Below are positions 9,088-18,252 of a stretch of DNA of 43,339 bases, one piece after another. Position numbers and translations under genes: made by a program. A model generated the notes under the pieces. The model did no database searches. It was not told the origin of the DNA and was given only the letters and a program-made list of their open reading frames with translations. Position 1 is the first letter of the stretch; each line of letters begins with the position of its first letter. Source of the DNA: an uncultured bacterium (lineage in GTDB: Bacteria > Patescibacteriota > Minisyncoccia > Phycocordibacterales > UBA9973); assembly GCA_903907175.1 (NCBI GenBank), contig CAIVNB010000026.1:1-43339 (forward strand), given 5' to 3'.

Positions 9088-10503
9088 TTAAACAAGTAAA
9101 GGTTCCCAGTAACCTGATTTTTCAGAGTATCTAACATCGGCACCTTCTCTAGGTATCATATCTAGTAAGTCCTCTTTGTATTTTCCAACAGGGTCTTTTA
9201 TTAGGAATAAATTGACTCCACCTGAAGAAATCATCAATCTGTAAACAAAGTAGTTGAGTCGCAAAGTATTCGCTGAACTCCATTCACTAGGTGTCATATG
9301 GAAAGAATTAGAAGCTAATTTACCTCTACTAATAGTAGTCTTAACTTCTATGTATCTTCTTAAATCTCCTTCTCCATCATAGGAGCTAATATCATAGCCC
9401 ACAGCAAATGTTTCTGGTATCTTTTTGATTAAATGAAGCACATCATTTCTATCAAGTTTGATAAGTCTTACCTTTTCGTGCTCAATTACTACAGACTCTC
9501 CAACATCTCCAATTTCTTTTGTCTTTATACCCTGAGCTGACTCAATACTAGTTTGTAGTTTTGATAAGATTTGTTTAAGGAAATCCATACTTGGTGTTTC
9601 TTCTTCAGAACCTTCAATAATAGAAAGTATGTTTGCCTGAAAGATTGAAGTATCAAGTTTATTATTTACATAATGAAACCATAAATCCTGAGAGCTTGTA
9701 ACCATAGTAAGGGTTCTAATTTCTTCTCTGTAAATAGCTTCATATGGCTCAAAGTAAGAAGCACTTGAGTTAATGTAAGCCTGTATTGTTTCAAGGTTTA
9801 CAAGGTTTGGATAGTAGTTGTAATTAGGTCTTAGTGTTACTAGGTCTCCAAGCTCCATATAATCTAGAATATCTCCTGCATATCTAGTTATATCACCTCC
9901 TTGGTCATATTGAACATTGTTTTTTCTATTTTCGATTATGAGTGTCGCTGTTTTTTGAGGAGTCTGATTGTCTCTTGTTACTCTTAAGTCATTAAATATG
10001 CAGTGCGTTGCTTCAGCTTTTGATATACCAAACTTTTCGTTATTCGTTATTTTCCTACCTTCCATTAAAACAGATAGAATATAACTTGCTGGCTTAAACT
10101 TTATACCTGCTTTTATATATTCAAGTGTTTCAACTGGTTTAAGGTGTCCACCAGGATACTGAAAGTAATATAAAAAATATCTAAAGAACTCAACAAGGTC
10201 TTGAGATTGAGAGAGTAATAATGACATTTGACTCGGTTTTGATAAATCGCCATCATATTCAACTAGTCCAAATAATGCAGATATTTCCGTTCGCCAATTG
10301 TTGATAGTTTTTAATGCTCTAGTACTATTCCCTGGATACAATTTAATAATTGTATTAAGTTTTTCCTTAAACACTACGTGTTCACTTGGCTGTATTTTAG
10401 CTATTTCATTAGCCATAAAATAGAGAACATCCTCTACATTATTTTTGAAGCGTGGTCTTATGTGGTGTATTCGGAAATAGTATTCCTCTGGTATTTTATA
10501 CAT
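9088..10503 (-). CDS. Putative restriction endonuclease with a C-terminal PD-(D/E)xK / DUF3883-like domain
   Basis: Sandwiched between two m5C MTases. The C-terminus has GDVGESVV..E...YDISS...RYIEVKTT (D...EVK nuclease-like signature). The N-terminal ~330 aa is not recognised. Confidence 0.55.
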   Translation of the reverse strand: MYKIPEEYYFRIHHIRPRFKNNVEDVLYFMANEIAKIQPSEHVVFKEKLNTIIKLYPGNSTRALKTINNWRTEISALFGLVEYDGDLSKPSQMSLLLSQSQDLVEFFRYFLYYFQYPGGHLKPVETLEYIKAGIKFKPASYILSVLMEGRKITNNEKFGISKAEATHCIFNDLRVTRDNQTPQKTATLIIENRKNNVQYDQGGDITRYAGDILDYMELGDLVTLRPNYNYYPNLVNLETIQAYINSSASYFEPYEAIYREEIRTLTMVTSSQDLWFHYVNNKLDTSIFQANILSIIEGSEEETPSMDFLKQILSKLQTSIESAQGIKTKEIGDVGESVVIEHEKVRLIKLDRNDVLHLIKKIPETFAVGYDISSYDGEGDLRRYIEVKTTISRGKLASNSFHMTPSEWSSANTLRLNYFVYRLMISSGGVNLFLIKDPVGKYKEDLLDMIPREGADVRYSEKSGYWEPLLV

Positions 10504-10511
10504 ATTTTTTT

Positions 10512-11564
10512 CTAGTTAAATAGTTTAAGGATATTTTTACCTATAGCTTCTGCTAATAATGGAGGAACAGCATTCCCAACTTGCTTATACTGACTGGTTT
10601 TTGAACCAAGAAAAATAAAACCATCAGGAAAAGATTGCAATCTCGCTGACTCTCTGACCGTAGGCACACGATTATATTTATAATGAAAATGATGACGATG
10701 ACCAGTATCAATGGTTGGGCTCGGTTTTGTGCTATTAAATCTAGTCCACGCAATGTTCACCTTACGAGAGTTCTTATATTTTTCTGGTAAATCTTTATAG
10801 TTACCTCCATCAGGGACCAAAGAAATAATATCAATTGTTTTTTGGTCGTGAGAGGTAATTTTATGGTTGTATATCTTTGAGTTAATAGCCCGCATATTCT
10901 TTTGATATTTAGACAATGGTTTTTTAACTAACAATGTTCCATCTTCTAAATCCTTGTCGGGTAAATCAGAAATTGCATCAGCTGTAGTCACCTTGTCTTT
11001 ATTGTTACTAAATAGTGTTTCAGGAAATACAAAATTATTTTTCTCCTTAACACCTACAAAAATAACACGCTTCCTATTTTGAGGAACTCCATAGTCCGAG
11101 GCTAGTAAAACTTTGTATTTAACTTCATAGCCTAATTTCTCAAAATCTTTAATGATTTCGCTTTTTATTTTCCCTTCACCTATAGAAACAAGGTTGGGTA
11201 CATTTTCTAAAACAAATACCTTTGGGTTGAACGCTTTAACAATTTTTACAAAACCTTTGTATAAACTATTTCTGGGGTCGTTCAAATCTCTATTCCCTGA
11301 AATTGAAAAACCTTGACAAGGTGGACCACCAACAACAACATCTACACTACCTATGTCTTTTTTTATTTTATTTATATCAGGATTTCCTAAATCAAGGTTA
11401 AATGCCTTAGCATTTTTATGATTTTCTTGAAATGTTTTTAGGGCATCATCCCAATTATCAATTCCTGCAACAATCTCAAATCCAACACTTTCAAAACCAA
11501 ATGATAATCCGCCACATCCTGAGAATAAATCTAATACTTTAATTTTTTTATGTTTAGCACTCAT
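10512..11564 (-). CDS. DNA (cytosine-5)-methyltransferase
   Basis: FSGCGG, GGPPCQGFS, ENVPNL, QNRKRVIFVG, RLQSFPD, GNAVPPLLA. Confidence 0.9.
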   Translation of the reverse strand: MSAKHKKIKVLDLFSGCGGLSFGFESVGFEIVAGIDNWDDALKTFQENHKNAKAFNLDLGNPDINKIKKDIGSVDVVVGGPPCQGFSISGNRDLNDPRNSLYKGFVKIVKAFNPKVFVLENVPNLVSIGEGKIKSEIIKDFEKLGYEVKYKVLLASDYGVPQNRKRVIFVGVKEKNNFVFPETLFSNNKDKVTTADAISDLPDKDLEDGTLLVKKPLSKYQKNMRAINSKIYNHKITSHDQKTIDIISLVPDGGNYKDLPEKYKNSRKVNIAWTRFNSTKPSPTIDTGHRHHFHYKYNRVPTVRESARLQSFPDGFIFLGSKTSQYKQVGNAVPPLLAEAIGKNILKLFN

Positions 11565-11568
11565 TTTA

Positions 11569-11745
11569 TTATTTAGAAATACAATGTTTCAGAAACCTTT
11601 CAAACTCACTTTTCTCAATCCGAAACTCACGACCTAACTTATATGCTTTCAAGCGACCAGCTTTGATATAGCGGTAAATTGTCATAATGTTTACCTCTAA
11701 TTGTTCTGCAAGGTCTTCTGCTTTATAAAATGGTTTGTCTTTCAT
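11569..11745 (-). CDS. Small HTH protein, excisionase-family DNA-binding domain (58 aa; not in the ORF track)
   Basis: My own translation: MKDKPFYKAEDLAEQLEVNIMTIYRYIKAGRLKAYKLGREFRIEKSEFERFLKHCISK. This is the typical MerR/Xis-type helix-turn-helix (TIYRYIK.G.L.A.K.G...RI). Confidence 0.65.
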   Translation of the reverse strand: MKDKPFYKAEDLAEQLEVNIMTIYRYIKAGRLKAYKLGREFRIEKSEFERFLKHCISK

Positions 11746-11802
11746 ATTTAATATCTTCGTTTACCTAATAATTATACTTTACAACGCTTTACATAGCAAT
11801 TC

Positions 11803-13020
11803 TTAATCAGTGGACATCTTTTTACGCTTATACGGCTTGTATTCGTCAAGTTGCTTATCTAATTGAGTAACCCAATCTCGGAGCTTATTCTTGGTTATAA
11901 GCTCACTAGCTTGTTGCATATCCTTTGCAGTTCTATACCAAGTTCTATCGTGGGACCGCTTTGCTATAATAGTTCGCAGTTGTCGCATTCCATTCTCGTC
12001 TTTTGCGAGCATAAATAATCCGAGTAAGTATATTGCTTGTTTTGGTTTTAATTTCTTATCTGCTAAAAATAATGTTCGCAGTATGTCTTTAATACTTATT
12101 GAGATAGAAAATAATCCGAGATTGCGTTCCTTGATAAGTTTTTTCCAGTAATCATTAACAACCTTTTTACTCATCCCTGTATTAAATACTTGTCTAAAAA
12201 CTGGATTTTTTTCATAACCCAAGTCTTCAAGGACCTTATTCATTTTTTGTTTTTGATTTAATCTAATCTCAAATCTTATTATCTCTTGAAGTTCATTTTC
12301 TTTATTCAGTTCGGAGAATAAACTTCTTTGATACAAGGTCTGGTCTTTGTCTATTGCTCGTTTTTTATCTTTTCTTAAATCAGCAATTTTGTCATAAATA
12401 ACAAGTTCGTGACAGCTAGTATGAGCATATAAACTTTGTCCGTCATTCATAAATCTTGTTTTGGCAAAATCAAAATTTTTTCTTAGGTCCACCTTATTCA
12501 TTTCTGATATTAGGTGGCTAGCAGTATATCCATCTTGGAGCAAGATATTTTTTGAGAAATGGACTGAACTTACGGATGCATTTTCAAGCACTGATTTTGT
12601 GATTATTACACCCATAGTTTTTAATCTATCTTGTAACGCTTCAATTACTTTTGGGAAGTCCTTATCTTCAAGTTCTTCTAGGTTATTAAGATATATCAGT
12701 TTGGGAACTGAAAACTCCATACGAACATTGGCATCTTGAGAAAACCTTCTTTTATATCCAGTTAAGCGAGGAAAATAATTTCCAGTTTCTTTTTCTGCCT
12801 TACTAGGATTGCGAACAAACTTTGAATACTGTTCTGTTTTTGAATATAGTTCCCAACTAGATGTCCCATAAAGGTAAGTCATCTTGTCCTTTGGAATTAA
12901 AAGGCATATTGTATCAATCATTGTTTTGTGTTTTTCTAATCTGATAAAGTTCAGGATTTTGTTTTTTATCTTCCTGTATAAGCCAAGCAAAAGCACCGAC
13001 CAGTTTCTTCTTGTCTTCAA
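11803..13020 (-). CDS. Putative replication initiation protein (gene II/X- or Rep_trans-like); likely true start at M34 (12921)
   Basis: The MIDTICLLIP... N-terminus and the IRFEIRL strand resemble rolling-circle/phage Rep families. Supported by its context in a mobile element. Similarity judged by eye only. Confidence 0.4.
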   Translation of the reverse strand: MKTRRNWSVLLLGLYRKIKNKILNFIRLEKHKTMIDTICLLIPKDKMTYLYGTSSWELYSKTEQYSKFVRNPSKAEKETGNYFPRLTGYKRRFSQDANVRMEFSVPKLIYLNNLEELEDKDFPKVIEALQDRLKTMGVIITKSVLENASVSSVHFSKNILLQDGYTASHLISEMNKVDLRKNFDFAKTRFMNDGQSLYAHTSCHELVIYDKIADLRKDKKRAIDKDQTLYQRSLFSELNKENELQEIIRFEIRLNQKQKMNKVLEDLGYEKNPVFRQVFNTGMSKKVVNDYWKKLIKERNLGLFSISISIKDILRTLFLADKKLKPKQAIYLLGLFMLAKDENGMRQLRTIIAKRSHDRTWYRTAKDMQQASELITKNKLRDWVTQLDKQLDEYKPYKRKKMSTD

Positions 13021-13165
13021 GAGGGAGGTTGTTTATTTTGAAACTTTTTATAGTTTCTTTTATTGAGACAATATCCTGCATAGAAAACCCCTAAGGGTTA
13101 TCTTAAGGGTATTCTTTACGCAATAATTAAAATAAGTATTTTATGTAGTACAGAAAATTTATGTG

Positions 13166-13870
13166 CTACAGTTCTTTTCTCTTCCTCTTTTCTAACGATA
13201 TTATTTTACCAATATAGCCATAGTCTATAATATTATTACTTCCAAATTTATCTCCTATAAGTCTCATTATTTCTTTCCTTGGAAGTTTTCTGTTTTCGTA
13301 TATGAAATCATTTCTTTTTTCTATTATAGTTTTTTTGTTTTTAACCTTACCTAAAGTTGTTTTCTTTTGATTAGCTTTTTGAAAAGGTTCTATCGAAAAG
13401 CGATATAATTTTTCTACATAGTTTAGTATATCTCTTTTGGATGCATAAGGACTTATTCTAATAACTACAGGAAATTGTTCTTCTGTATAAGGATTATGAC
13501 CCGATATGAGACTTTCTTTTGTGTCTATAATATCTTCAGTAAATAACATGTTTCCTATATCATTTTCACTAAATTCATCTCTTAATATATATAAAACTAT
13601 AAAATTCAAGCACTCAAATTCTAAATGATATTTATTTAATAGCTCAAGAGCTTCTTCTTCTATTCCATTAGGAAAAGACAGTGATTTTTCTTCTTTATTT
13701 TTATTAACATCAATGTTATATTTTTTTCTTATCTTCAGGATACTCTCTTTGAAGGGTTCTTCTTTGAGTATTTCTTTTATGTAATTAACTAGTTTCTTGT
13801 GTCCTGTAGTACTTTTGAGTAAAGTGAGTATTTCTTCAATAGATAGTTTCTTATTAATATTTTTCTTCAT
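13166..13870 (-). CDS. Hypothetical protein (island)
   Basis: Long ORF of 234 aa, Lys/Glu-rich. No recognisable motif. Confidence 0.45.
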   Translation of the reverse strand: MKKNINKKLSIEEILTLLKSTTGHKKLVNYIKEILKEEPFKESILKIRKKYNIDVNKNKEEKSLSFPNGIEEEALELLNKYHLEFECLNFIVLYILRDEFSENDIGNMLFTEDIIDTKESLISGHNPYTEEQFPVVIRISPYASKRDILNYVEKLYRFSIEPFQKANQKKTTLGKVKNKKTIIEKRNDFIYENRKLPRKEIMRLIGDKFGSNNIIDYGYIGKIISLEKRKRKEL

Positions 13871-13912
13871 TCATATACTTTACTTCAGTTTACAATACTT
13901 ATCAACAGTCCT

Positions 13913-13941
13913 TTGATTAAAAACATATAAAAAGGTATAAT
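13913..13941 (+). promoter_or_regulatory. Near-consensus promoter giving a probably leaderless PanA mRNA
   Basis: TTGATT, 17 nt, TATAAT. Only 6 nt separate the -10 from the ATG at 13948. Confidence 0.5.
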
Positions 13942-13947
13942 CTCTAT

Positions 13948-14430
13948 ATGAGTTTAGTTGCTAAAAAAATTAACGCTTTGACCGTTGCAGAGTATTTTAT
14001 TGATAAAGCGAATAAAGAAAAAGAGGTCATAACAAACAAGAAGTTACAAAAACTTCTCTATTATTCGCAAGTTTGGTCATTGGTTCTGAATAAAGAAAAA
14101 CTTTTCTCTGAAAGGATTGAAGCGTGGGTTCACGGACCAGCAATTCCTTCGGTTTATAGAAAGTTTAAGATTTTTGAGTTCAATCCTATTAAATTAGATA
14201 CTGCTAACATTTCTTTTGGTTTTTCTAAAAAACAAGTAGATTTACTTGAAAACATTTGGTCTGTATATGGAAAATACAATGCTGAATACCTTGAAGCTCT
14301 TACACATTCTGAACTTCCTTGGCAAGAAGCAAGAAAAGAAAAATCTGCTTCTGAACCTTCAAATAATATAATTAGTTTAGCTACAGCAAAGAAGTTTTAT
14401 GCAGGAAAACTCAAGCCAAAAACTTTCTAG
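13948..14430 (+). CDS. DUF4065 / Panacea-domain protein (SocA/GepA-like antitoxin)
   Basis: ITNKKLQKLLYYSQVWSLVL...FSERIEAWVHGPAIPSVYRKFK matches the DUF4065 hallmark (LQKLLYY.Q...L......F...IEAW.HGPV.P.VY). Confidence 0.75.
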   Translation: MSLVAKKINALTVAEYFIDKANKEKEVITNKKLQKLLYYSQVWSLVLNKEKLFSERIEAWVHGPAIPSVYRKFKIFEFNPIKLDTANISFGFSKKQVDLLENIWSVYGKYNAEYLEALTHSELPWQEARKEKSASEPSNNIISLATAKKFYAGKLKPKTF

Positions 14431-14833
14431 CGATGTAGCTGAGCTCACAACAGGTCAAGAAAAAATCTCTCCGATTGTTGCGATTTCAGATGCACTTAAA
14501 GATTACGAAAACAAAAGGGTTGTTTTTAGTTTTGAGATTTATAATTGCAATCAATGCGAAATTGCTAAATTAGATAAAACAGAAGCAAAAAAACTTACAA
14601 AAGAATTAAAAAAAATATCTTCAACTCTAACTAAGCACTTTAGGCATCAAGATACTTCTTGTATTGCCTGTAAGCCAATTCATAATTCTGGCAGTTACTC
14701 TGTTCTTTTTGATGGTATTCCAGAAGATACTGATATGTTAGAAGTAGATTATTCTGGGGCAGGCAGAGTGTTTGGCTATATAGTTAATAACATTTTTAAT
14801 ATAGTTGCAATTGGTAAGAAACATAAACAATAA
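14399..14833 (+). CDS. Unknown 144-aa protein overlapping the PanA 3' end by 32 nt (candidate toxin partner)
   Basis: The ATG at 14399 is the only early Met. The C-terminal GRVFGYIVNNIFNIVAIGKKH resembles the last beta-strands of RelE/ParE/Gp49-type toxins. Weak, by-eye call. Confidence 0.4.
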   Translation: MQENSSQKLSSDVAELTTGQEKISPIVAISDALKDYENKRVVFSFEIYNCNQCEIAKLDKTEAKKLTKELKKISSTLTKHFRHQDTSCIACKPIHNSGSYSVLFDGIPEDTDMLEVDYSGAGRVFGYIVNNIFNIVAIGKKHKQ

Positions 14834-14898
14834 AACTTAGTTTTTTGTAGCTGAAAAAGCTTTTGAATACTTTACTTTAATTCACAGTATACTACAAT

Positions 14899-15588
14899 AT
14901 GAATATGGAAAATAAAAAAACAACTAGCTATCTAAACACTAAAGGGTGGTATAGACTTTTGAAGGTAATTTTTGGTATAGGTTTTATAATTGTATTAGTT
15001 ATATTTAATTTTGTTGCTTTTTCTGGCGGGATTAAAAAGGTGGAGCAAAACCAAACAACAATACACTGTAATATAAAAGACAAACAAACTTTTACTGCTC
15101 AAAGCTTAAATATCTCCTTTAGTAATAATGATTTTCCAAATGGTCAATTTGATTATAAAAAGTTTTTTGGAGGATTTAATGATTACACTATAAAAAGTAT
15201 TCTGACTGCTTGTAATCCAAAAGTATTTACGGGTCAAAAAGTTGACGATGTTTACGATGTCCAAAAGGGATATGAAATCTTAAATAAAGCTGATGTTTTA
15301 TCTATTCCTATATCCAATGACAATCAAAGTGTAAGAGATAGTGCAGTAAATACTGCTATGGATAAAGATTATTTACCTTATAAAAATCAAACAAGTAACT
15401 TATTTGGGAGTAGCAAGATGGCTTATTTAGATTTTTCTTTCAAAATCTTTGATATAACACCAGTATTTACTTACAACAGCTTTTTAGAACTTTTCTTTAT
15501 CGGCAACATAGTAATTTTACTTATCTTTGAAGCAATAAGGAGGATTTTTTATTATATAGTTTTAGGAAAAATAAACCCTGAAAAATAA
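14899..15588 (+). CDS. Membrane protein with N- and C-terminal TM helices, unknown function
   Basis: Hydrophobic segments VIFGIGFIIVLVIFNFVAF and LELFFIGNIVILLIF. Confidence 0.45.
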   Translation: MNMENKKTTSYLNTKGWYRLLKVIFGIGFIIVLVIFNFVAFSGGIKKVEQNQTTIHCNIKDKQTFTAQSLNISFSNNDFPNGQFDYKKFFGGFNDYTIKSILTACNPKVFTGQKVDDVYDVQKGYEILNKADVLSIPISNDNQSVRDSAVNTAMDKDYLPYKNQTSNLFGSSKMAYLDFSFKIFDITPVFTYNSFLELFFIGNIVILLIFEAIRRIFYYIVLGKINPEK

Positions 15589-15591
15589 TAT

Positions 15592-15858
15592 ATGGGAAAA
15601 CAAAATAAATCATTATTCAAAAACCCTGTTTTAATAATTCTAAGTGTAATAATACTTTTACTGATTATTTACTTCGGTGTTATAGTTCCTTATCAAAAAA
15701 AACAAGAAAATGTTAATCTCGGTTGGGGGGAACCTACAGAAAGTTCTTGTTTAAGTATAGCTAATAGCCACTTTAATAAAGATACTAAGCAATGTGATTG
15801 TAATCAGGGTTATGAGGTTGATTGGGCAACATTTAATTGTAAGTTATCTAACAAGTAG
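15592..15858 (+). CDS. Small membrane-anchored Cys-containing protein
   Basis: TM helix VLIILSVIILLLIIYFGVIV, then 4 Cys in the C-terminal 40 aa. Starts 4 nt after the previous stop. Confidence 0.4.
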   Translation: MGKQNKSLFKNPVLIILSVIILLLIIYFGVIVPYQKKQENVNLGWGEPTESSCLSIANSHFNKDTKQCDCNQGYEVDWATFNCKLSNK

Positions 15859-15983
15859 TTTTTAGTTAGTTCTGAAGTGTAAGTGTTGGGAATAGTCCTA
15901 AAATACCACTAAACTGCAATTCGCTTTTAATACTGGTCCAATTCAAAGTTCTGAACTTGTCTACTAGAGGGAGCACCGTAGAA

Positions 15984-16011
15984 AACCCTTATTTCACAAG
16001 GGTTATTTTTT
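15984..16011 (+). terminator. Rho-independent terminator
   Basis: AACCCTT, loop ATTTCAC, AAGGGTT, then ATTTTTT. Confidence 0.6.
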
Positions 16012-16051
16012 GGAGGTTAGTAGAAGTTCGAACCTAATGTATAATAGAAAG

Positions 16052-16291
16052 ATGAAAATAGAAGTATTGGGTTCAGGTTGTAAAACTTGTAAAAAGTTAT
16101 TTGAAATAACTCAAAAGGCAGTTAGTGAATTAGGATTAAATACAGAGGTTGAGTATATTACTGATGTTCAAAAAATTGTGGCTATGGGATTAATGCAAAG
16201 TCCAGTATTAGCGATAAACGACAAACCAGTGATGGTTGGTTTTTCTCCTGACATTGAAAAAATTAAAAAGATTATCAAGGAAAATACTTAA
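16052..16291 (+). CDS. Thioredoxin-fold redox-active disulfide protein (MTH895/TM0996-like, ~79 aa)
   Basis: MKIEVLGSGCKTCKKL with a CxxC motif. The ATG at 16052 is preferred because the listed start at 16010 lies inside the upstream terminator. Confidence 0.7.
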   Translation: MKIEVLGSGCKTCKKLFEITQKAVSELGLNTEVEYITDVQKIVAMGLMQSPVLAINDKPVMVGFSPDIEKIKKIIKENT

Positions 16292-16300
16292 TTAAAAAAT

Positions 16301-16822
16301 TTACCTCATCATTCCTTGTCCATTTTGAATCCCATTTCCCATCATTCCTCTCTGTGGGTTATTTTTAAAATTATTTCCTTGAAGAAGTCCGTTCATCATT
16401 CCTCTCATAGGACCATATTTGAACATTATGTCGTTTAAGCCCGTCATATCTACAACGTATCCCGCGATAATAATCGCTAGAATAAAACCAGCTACTATGA
16501 TCCAAGGATTTTTTTTATACGAAAAATCGTATTGGCGAATAAGCCAAATGCCTATTACTAAACCTAATATTGCGAGTACTATAGTCCACCAAGGGAAGTT
16601 TGATATCATTTGATCAAACCTATACTGACCCATTGGTCCATGAGTACGCAATGAAAATCTTATTAATCCTACAAGAAAGGTTGAAACAACAACAGAAGAT
16701 ATTAATCCAACCAAAGTTAAAATAGAACCAATAATAAAATATATTCGAGGCTTCATTTTTGCTTTGCCTAGATGGATTTCGCTCATCACGTTTTCAGTAA
16801 TATTTTTTAATTCTTTTGACAT
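16301..16822 (-). CDS. Membrane protein, probable anti-sigma partner, with a Met/Gly-rich C-terminal tail
   Basis: Overlaps the ECF sigma stop by 16 nt. About 4 TM helices. Tail MRGMMNGLLQGNN...RGMMGNGIQNGQGMMR. Confidence 0.45.
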   Translation of the reverse strand: MSKELKNITENVMSEIHLGKAKMKPRIYFIIGSILTLVGLISSVVVSTFLVGLIRFSLRTHGPMGQYRFDQMISNFPWWTIVLAILGLVIGIWLIRQYDFSYKKNPWIIVAGFILAIIIAGYVVDMTGLNDIMFKYGPMRGMMNGLLQGNNFKNNPQRGMMGNGIQNGQGMMR

Positions 16823-17349
16823 ATATTTTTCATTATCTTTTTAGCTCTATTAATACGGGTGGCGACGGTACCCATTGGTATTCTTAAAATGTCACTAATT
16901 TCATCATATGATTTTTCGTCTATATAATACAAAGAAAGAGGTTCAGAATATAATAAAGGAATATTTTTTAAACACTTTTCAACTTTCTCTATTGTTTCTT
17001 TTTCTTCAAAATCTTTTTCAATATCGTCATCGCTTTTAAAATCCCAATCCTCTAATAGGGGCGTTTCTTTTTGATATTTTTTAGCCAAATTTATTGCTTG
17101 ATTGTGAGCGATACGATAAATCCAACTAGAAAATTTCTTTTCAATATTAAAACTATTTAAATTGACATATGCTTTTATAAAAGATTCTTGCACTACATCA
17201 ATTGCTTTGTCCTCATTTTTAATTAAATTATTTACATAACGTACAAGTTTCTTTTGGTACCTATCAATAATAAGAGCATAGAGATCCTGGTTAGAAGTTC
17301 TCACTTTTTCTATTATCTCTTCATCTGTTAATTCTTTGTCTACGGTCAT
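16807..17349 (-). CDS. ECF-type RNA polymerase sigma-70 family factor
   Basis: Region 2 (VVQESFIKAY...SWIYRIAHN) and region 4 HTH (SYDEISDILRIPMGTVATRINRAKK). Confidence 0.8.
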   Translation of the reverse strand: MTVDKELTDEEIIEKVRTSNQDLYALIIDRYQKKLVRYVNNLIKNEDKAIDVVQESFIKAYVNLNSFNIEKKFSSWIYRIAHNQAINLAKKYQKETPLLEDWDFKSDDDIEKDFEEKETIEKVEKCLKNIPLLYSEPLSLYYIDEKSYDEISDILRIPMGTVATRINRAKKIMKNICQKN

Positions 17350-17427
17350 ATTTATATACTAGCAGTTTTTAAGTCAATACATCAAACCCCGATTTATTTC
17401 GGGGTAAGATATATTAATTATAAATTA

Positions 17428-17829
17428 TTAATTCATGCAATTACCTCTACCTGTTCCTCTTCCTGTACCATTTTTCATGCCTTGTAGAGAACCATTCTTT
17501 AATCCAAGACCAAGTTCTTGTCTGATTTTTTGAGCACCTGCGATGTCACCATTTTCAGCTAATTTATGAGCTTCAGCGAATTTTGCAAAGTTATCTTTAT
17601 TAATAACTTGTGTAACTCTACCTTGGTTCTGCATAAGTGCTTTCCATGCTGTGTAATCATTTGCCGAGAAGGCTTTTTCAATAGCAGTCTCACGTTCAAC
17701 TGAGTAGTTTGGACCTTTTACTGTGGGGTTTCCTTTGTATGCATTTGCACTACTTACAATTGCTCCAGAAATCCCTATAACTAACGCTAATGTTCCTAAT
17801 CCTAAAAGTATCTTTTTTGTTTTGTTCAT
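17428..17829 (-). CDS. Secreted/anchored small protein, unknown function
   Basis: N-terminal signal or anchor KKILLGLGTLALVIGISGAIVSSANA. Gly-rich C-terminus GTGRGTGRGNCMN. Confidence 0.45.
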   Translation of the reverse strand: MNKTKKILLGLGTLALVIGISGAIVSSANAYKGNPTVKGPNYSVERETAIEKAFSANDYTAWKALMQNQGRVTQVINKDNFAKFAEAHKLAENGDIAGAQKIRQELGLGLKNGSLQGMKNGTGRGTGRGNCMN

Positions 17830-17915
17830 TTAATTTATTCGTTTAATATTAATACTAATTCGACCCTATACCCTTAATACAAGAGGAGTGTCATTTTTCT
17901 TCCCTCGTTAACTAG

Positions 17916-17944
17916 TTGACAAAAATAACCGATGGGTATATCAT
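17916..17944 (+). promoter_or_regulatory. Promoter giving a probably leaderless ArsR-family mRNA
   Basis: TTGACA, 17 nt, TATCAT. Six nt separate the -10 from the ATG at 17951. Confidence 0.45.
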
Positions 17945-17950
17945 TCAAAT

Positions 17951-18223
17951 ATGCGTTTGAATGAATTAGCGAAGTTAATGAGAACAGCTGGAGACGAAAG
18001 TAGGCTTAAAATCCTGTGTGTCATTTTTAATGAAAAAAAGATATGTGTTTCTGATATAGCTGAAGAATTAAATATGAGTGTAGCCATTATCTCTCACCAT
18101 CTTCAAGTAATGGTTAAGGAAGGATTGGTGATTGCTAGCCGTGAGGGCAAAAGAATCTGTTATGAATTACCTAAAGGTCCGTTTGTAAAAGATTTAAAGA
18201 AATTTATTTGTAAGTATAAATAG
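17951..18223 (+). CDS. ArsR/SmtB-family transcriptional regulator
   Basis: 90 aa winged HTH: RLKILCVI...ICVSDIAEELNMSVAIISHHLQVMVKEGLV. Confidence 0.8.
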   Translation: MRLNELAKLMRTAGDESRLKILCVIFNEKKICVSDIAEELNMSVAIISHHLQVMVKEGLVIASREGKRICYELPKGPFVKDLKKFICKYK

Positions 18224-18252
18224 AGTTATATTATTAGTTTATTTTTAAAATT

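Noticed and set aside
15885-15896. AGTGTTGGGA shared between 15885 and 35737
   Set aside because: Exact 10-mers are expected many times by chance among the ~10^9 position pairs in a 43-kb window, and the flanks show no similarity.
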